Below are positions 60,861-64,000 of a stretch of DNA of 64,000 nt, in pieces. The position numbers were made by a program, and so were the translations under genes. Under the pieces are notes generated by a model. The model was not told the origin of the DNA. It saw nothing but the letters and a program-made list of their open reading frames with translations, and did not search any database. The stretch is from an uncultured Chloroflexia bacterium. GTDB lineage: Bacteria; Chloroflexota; Limnocylindria; Limnocylindrales; CSP1-4. The DNA lies in assembly GCA_963719145.1 (NCBI GenBank), contig CAVRAX010000004.1:11629-75628 (forward strand), read 5' to 3'. How positions within the stretch are numbered: the first letter of the stretch is position 1; every line of letters starts with the position of its first letter.

Positions 60861-61949
60861 ATGCCTGAGCTCCCGGAGGTCGAGACGGTCGCGCGCGACC
60901 TTCGCGGCCTCGTCCTCGACGCGACGATCAGCGGGGCCACTTGCCTGTGGCCCCGAACGCTGCGCACCCACGACCCGGAGTCGATCGGGCTGGCCCTCGG
61001 CCGCCGGCGCATCCTGGCCGTCGGGCGACGCGGCAAGCAGCTCGTGGTGGAGCTGTCCGGGAATGCCATCCTGACGATCCATCTGAAGATGACGGGCCAG
61101 CTCTTCGTCGTGCCGGCCCGCACGCCCCTCGACCCCCACGTTCGCCTCGTCATCGCCCTGGACGACGGCCGCGAGATCCGCTTCCGCGACATCCGCAAGT
61201 TCGGCCGGGTGGGCCTGTACGCCGTGGACCCGGGGACGGGCGATGCCGTCGTGGAGGCCGGCGGCGCGGCCGTCTTCGCCGGGACCGGGCCGGAGCCGCT
61301 CGACGATGGATTCACGATCCGGGCCTGGCGCCGACGGCTCAGGGCGCGCCGGGGCCGCCTCAAGCCGCTCCTCCTCGACCAATCCTTCCTCGCCGGTGTC
61401 GGCAACATCTACGCCGACGAGGCCCTCTGGGCCGCTCGCCTCCACCCCCTCCGATCGGCGCCGACGCTCCGACCCTCCGACGAGCGCCGCCTCTACCTCG
61501 AGATCCGCCGGATCCTGGCCGAGGCGATCGAGCGTCGCGGCAGCTCGATCGATGACTACACGGCACCCGAGGGCGACGGCTCGATGCAGGAGCGCCTGCT
61601 CGTCTACCAGCGAGCCGGCGAGGCCTGCCGCCGCTGCGGCCGGCCGATCCGGCGGATCGTCGTCGGCGGGCGAGCCACCCATTTCTGCTCGTGGTGCCAG
61701 CGTCTCCCTCGAGGGGACCGCCGGACCTCCCGGGCGATCCTCCGGGGGATGCTGCCGCGGCCCGGCCGGGCGAGCGCCCGACCCGGTCCGCGCTGGACCG
61801 ATCTGGACGGCGCCGAGGCCCTCGGCCGGACGAGCGACGAGATCGACGCCGCCACAGCTCACGCCAGGCAGCGAGCCGAGCGGACGCGCAGGGCGGCCGC
61901 GACTCGCCGCGCTGCGGCCCGGGCGAGCACCGGCGTCGGGCCGGGCTGA
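60861..61949 (+). CDS. mutM: Formamidopyrimidine-DNA glycosylase, with an ~80-aa Arg/Ala-rich C-terminal extension.
   Basis: MPELPEVETV… (catalytic Pro2/Glu3), H2TH, and zinc finger CRRCGRPIRR…CSWCQ. Confidence 0.9.
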   Translation: MPELPEVETVARDLRGLVLDATISGATCLWPRTLRTHDPESIGLALGRRRILAVGRRGKQLVVELSGNAILTIHLKMTGQLFVVPARTPLDPHVRLVIALDDGREIRFRDIRKFGRVGLYAVDPGTGDAVVEAGGAAVFAGTGPEPLDDGFTIRAWRRRLRARRGRLKPLLLDQSFLAGVGNIYADEALWAARLHPLRSAPTLRPSDERRLYLEIRRILAEAIERRGSSIDDYTAPEGDGSMQERLLVYQRAGEACRRCGRPIRRIVVGGRATHFCSWCQRLPRGDRRTSRAILRGMLPRPGRASARPGPRWTDLDGAEALGRTSDEIDAATAHARQRAERTRRAAATRRAAARASTGVGPG

Positions 61950-64000
61950 TGTCGATCCTCAGGCTGACCGCCGTCGCCCGCGAGGTCGGGACGTTCGTCA
62001 TCCTCGACCGAATCGATGCCGCGATCGCGCTCGGCGATCGGATCGGGCTCGTCGGGCCCAACGGCGCCGGCAAGACGACGCTGCTCCGGATCGCCGCCGG
62101 GCTCGACGAGCCGGACCGGGGCCAGGTGTCCCGAAAGCGCGGCCTGTCGCTCGGCCTGCTGGCCCAGGAAGCGCATCTCGACGAGCGGTTCATGGCCGCC
62201 CCGGACCTGCGAACCGCGGTTCGCCATGGCGCGGCCCATCTCGAGCGCATGGCGGAGGAGCTGGCCGCCCTGGAGGGCGGGGGCCACGTCACCGAGGCCG
62301 GCTACGCCGAGCTGCAGCATCGGTTCGAGGTCCTCGGCGGCTACACCCTCGATCAGCGCGTCGACGCGGCGCTTTCCGGCCTCGGCTTCAACGCCGTCGA
62401 CGTGGTCCGGCCGCCGGTGTCGCTGTCCGGCGGCGAGCAGACCCGGGCGGCCCTGGCCCGGCTCGTCATCGCCGACCCCGACCTGCTGTTCCTCGACGAG
62501 CCGACGAACCATCTCGACCTCGGCGCCCTCGAATGGCTGGAGGAGCACCTCCGGCGCCGCCGCGGGTCGCTCGTCGTCGCCTCCCACGACCGGGCCTTCC
62601 TGGACGCGACCGTGACCCGCGTCTGGGAGCTCCGCGACCGGCGCCTGGCGGTCTTCCGAGGCGATTACAGCGCCTACCACCGCCAGCGCCTGGAGCGTGA
62701 CGCCCGGGCCGCCAAGGAGGGCGAGTCGCAGGCCGAGTCGATCGCCCGGGAGCGGGAGCTCGTCCAGCGATATCGGAGCCATCGCAAGTTCTCGAAGATG
62801 CACGAGCACGAAGCCCGGCTCGAGCGCCTCCAGGCGGAGCAGGTCGAGGCGCCGAAAGGCCGGCGGCGGCTCCGCCTGCCGAGCGCCGGGCTCGTCGGCG
62901 GGGGGCCGTCGCGTTCCGGCGAGATCGTCGTCCGGGCGGACGACCTCCTTGTCGGGTACCTGCCGGAGCGGGGCGTCGAGGACGGCCCGGTCCGCGTCGC
63001 CGGGGCGCCGTTCCTGGCCGCCCGCCGCGGCGAGCGGATCGGGATCGTCGGACCGAACGGCGCCGGCAAGACGACGCTTCTCAGGACGATCGCCGGCGAG
63101 CTGCCCGCGCTCGACGGCTCGGTGACGTTCGGGAGCGGTGTCCAGATCGGCTACCTTGCCCAGCTCCGCGCGGCCGCGATCCCCGGGGCGACCGCCCTCG
63201 ACGCGCTGCTCGCGGCCGTCCCCGTGACACCCGGGGAGGGACGGGCCTACCTCGCCCGCTTCCTGTTCCGGGGCGACGACGTGTTCAAGGAGATCCGGCT
63301 GCTGTCCGGCGGCGAGCGCAGCCGCCTGGAGCTGGCCCTCCTGGGCATCACGTCGTCGAACCTGCTGCTCCTCGACGAGCCGACGAACCATCTGGACGTC
63401 GACGCGCGAGAGGCCATCGAGGGCTTCCTCGGCGAGAGCCCGGCGACGATCCTCGTCGTCTCCCACGACCGCCGCTTCCTCGACACGATCTGCGAGCGAC
63501 TGTGGGTCGTCGAGGACGGGCTCGTGGCGATCTTCGACGGCGGCTACCGAGCCTGGCGCGACGCGGTCGGCGGCGGCTGGACGGCAGCGTCGTCGGTGGA
63601 GCAGGAACGGCGGCGGCTCCACCCGGAGCTCCGCCGTTCGTCGGACCCCGCGGCGAGCCCGGGCCGCTCCGGGCCGGGAATCGTGCCGGCAGTGCCTGCC
63701 GGGCGTGCCGGGGCGGCCGGGACGGGGTCGCTGACCGGCGCCGGACCGACCTCGTCGACGGTCACGGTCGCGCCAGCGCGGGCTCGCGGGCCGCGGCTCT
63801 CCAAGGACGCGTATCGGCGCCAGCGGGAGGCGGTCGACGCCGAGCTGACCCGGCTCGGATTGCGGAAGAACCACCTCGAGCTGGCAATCGGGGATCCGGC
63901 GGTCCGGGCCAACTTCGTCGAGCTCCGTCGCGTCTCGAGCGAGCTCGCGGACGTCGAGGCGGCCCTGGCGCTGGCCGAGGACGCCTGGCTCGCCCTCGAG
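61948..64000 (+). CDS. ABC-F family ATPase (Uup/YheS/EttA-like), 3'-partial because it runs off the window.
   Basis: The ATG overlaps the fpg stop. Two ABC cassettes (GPNGAGKTTLL ×2; LSGGEQTR, LSGGERSR; LLFLDEPTNHLD, LLLLDEPTNHLD) are separated by a charged linker. There is a coiled C-terminal region and no TM domain. Confidence 0.85.

Noticed and set aside
61859-63874. 671-aa minus-strand ORF, and plus-strand ORFs 62016..62615 and 61243..62700.
   Set aside because: They are antisense or out-of-frame to the ABC-F gene, which shows duplicated Walker A, signature and Walker B motifs in the frame starting at 61948.

Overview
This is a 64 kb chromosomal segment at roughly 70% GC. It most likely comes from a Gram-positive-type, Actinobacteria-like organism. 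Three things in the sequence point that way: a CIRCE/HrcA-type groES-groEL locus, pcrA–ligA–gatCA…gatB gene order, and IS481-family insertion sequences. The organism assignment is an inference from these features only.

Most of the window is housekeeping. Read in order: metG, a VOC gene, tatD, groES-groEL, pcrA, an FMN-dependent alpha-hydroxy-acid dehydrogenase, ligA, gatC-gatA, an aminotransferase, gatB, a four-gene ECF transporter, a BMP-type nucleoside ABC transporter, a P450, dnaE, tRNA-Leu(CAA), an ECF sigma/anti-sigma pair, polA, fpg, and a partial ABC-F ATPase.

There are three accessory or decaying patches:
- A lower-GC island of about 1.4 kb at the window start carries two hypothetical secreted proteins.
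- Two different IS481-family elements sit in tandem and share one CTAG target. They lie next to a decayed region containing a sigma factor truncated to region 4 only, a Kelch fragment, a small secreted ORF, and a DUF2207-like membrane protein with an S1 protease.
- The 14.2–18.2 kb region holds two apparently frameshifted genes.

Other items worth a look:
- A class III adenylyl-cyclase–STAND NTPase–TPR fusion with no C-terminal HTH sits between gatA and gatB.
- A leucine-rich-repeat protein is translationally coupled to polA.
- A 59-aa DUF1059-like ORF is missing from the ORF track.
- Composite tandem DNA repeats lie upstream of pcrA, with further tandem repeats between the VOC gene and tatD.
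- dnaE, fpg and pcrA carry low-complexity terminal extensions.

I do not see an unambiguous novel multi-gene system, such as a defence island or CRISPR array. The candidates above are what I would follow up. The many long antisense ORFs in the track are high-GC artefacts.
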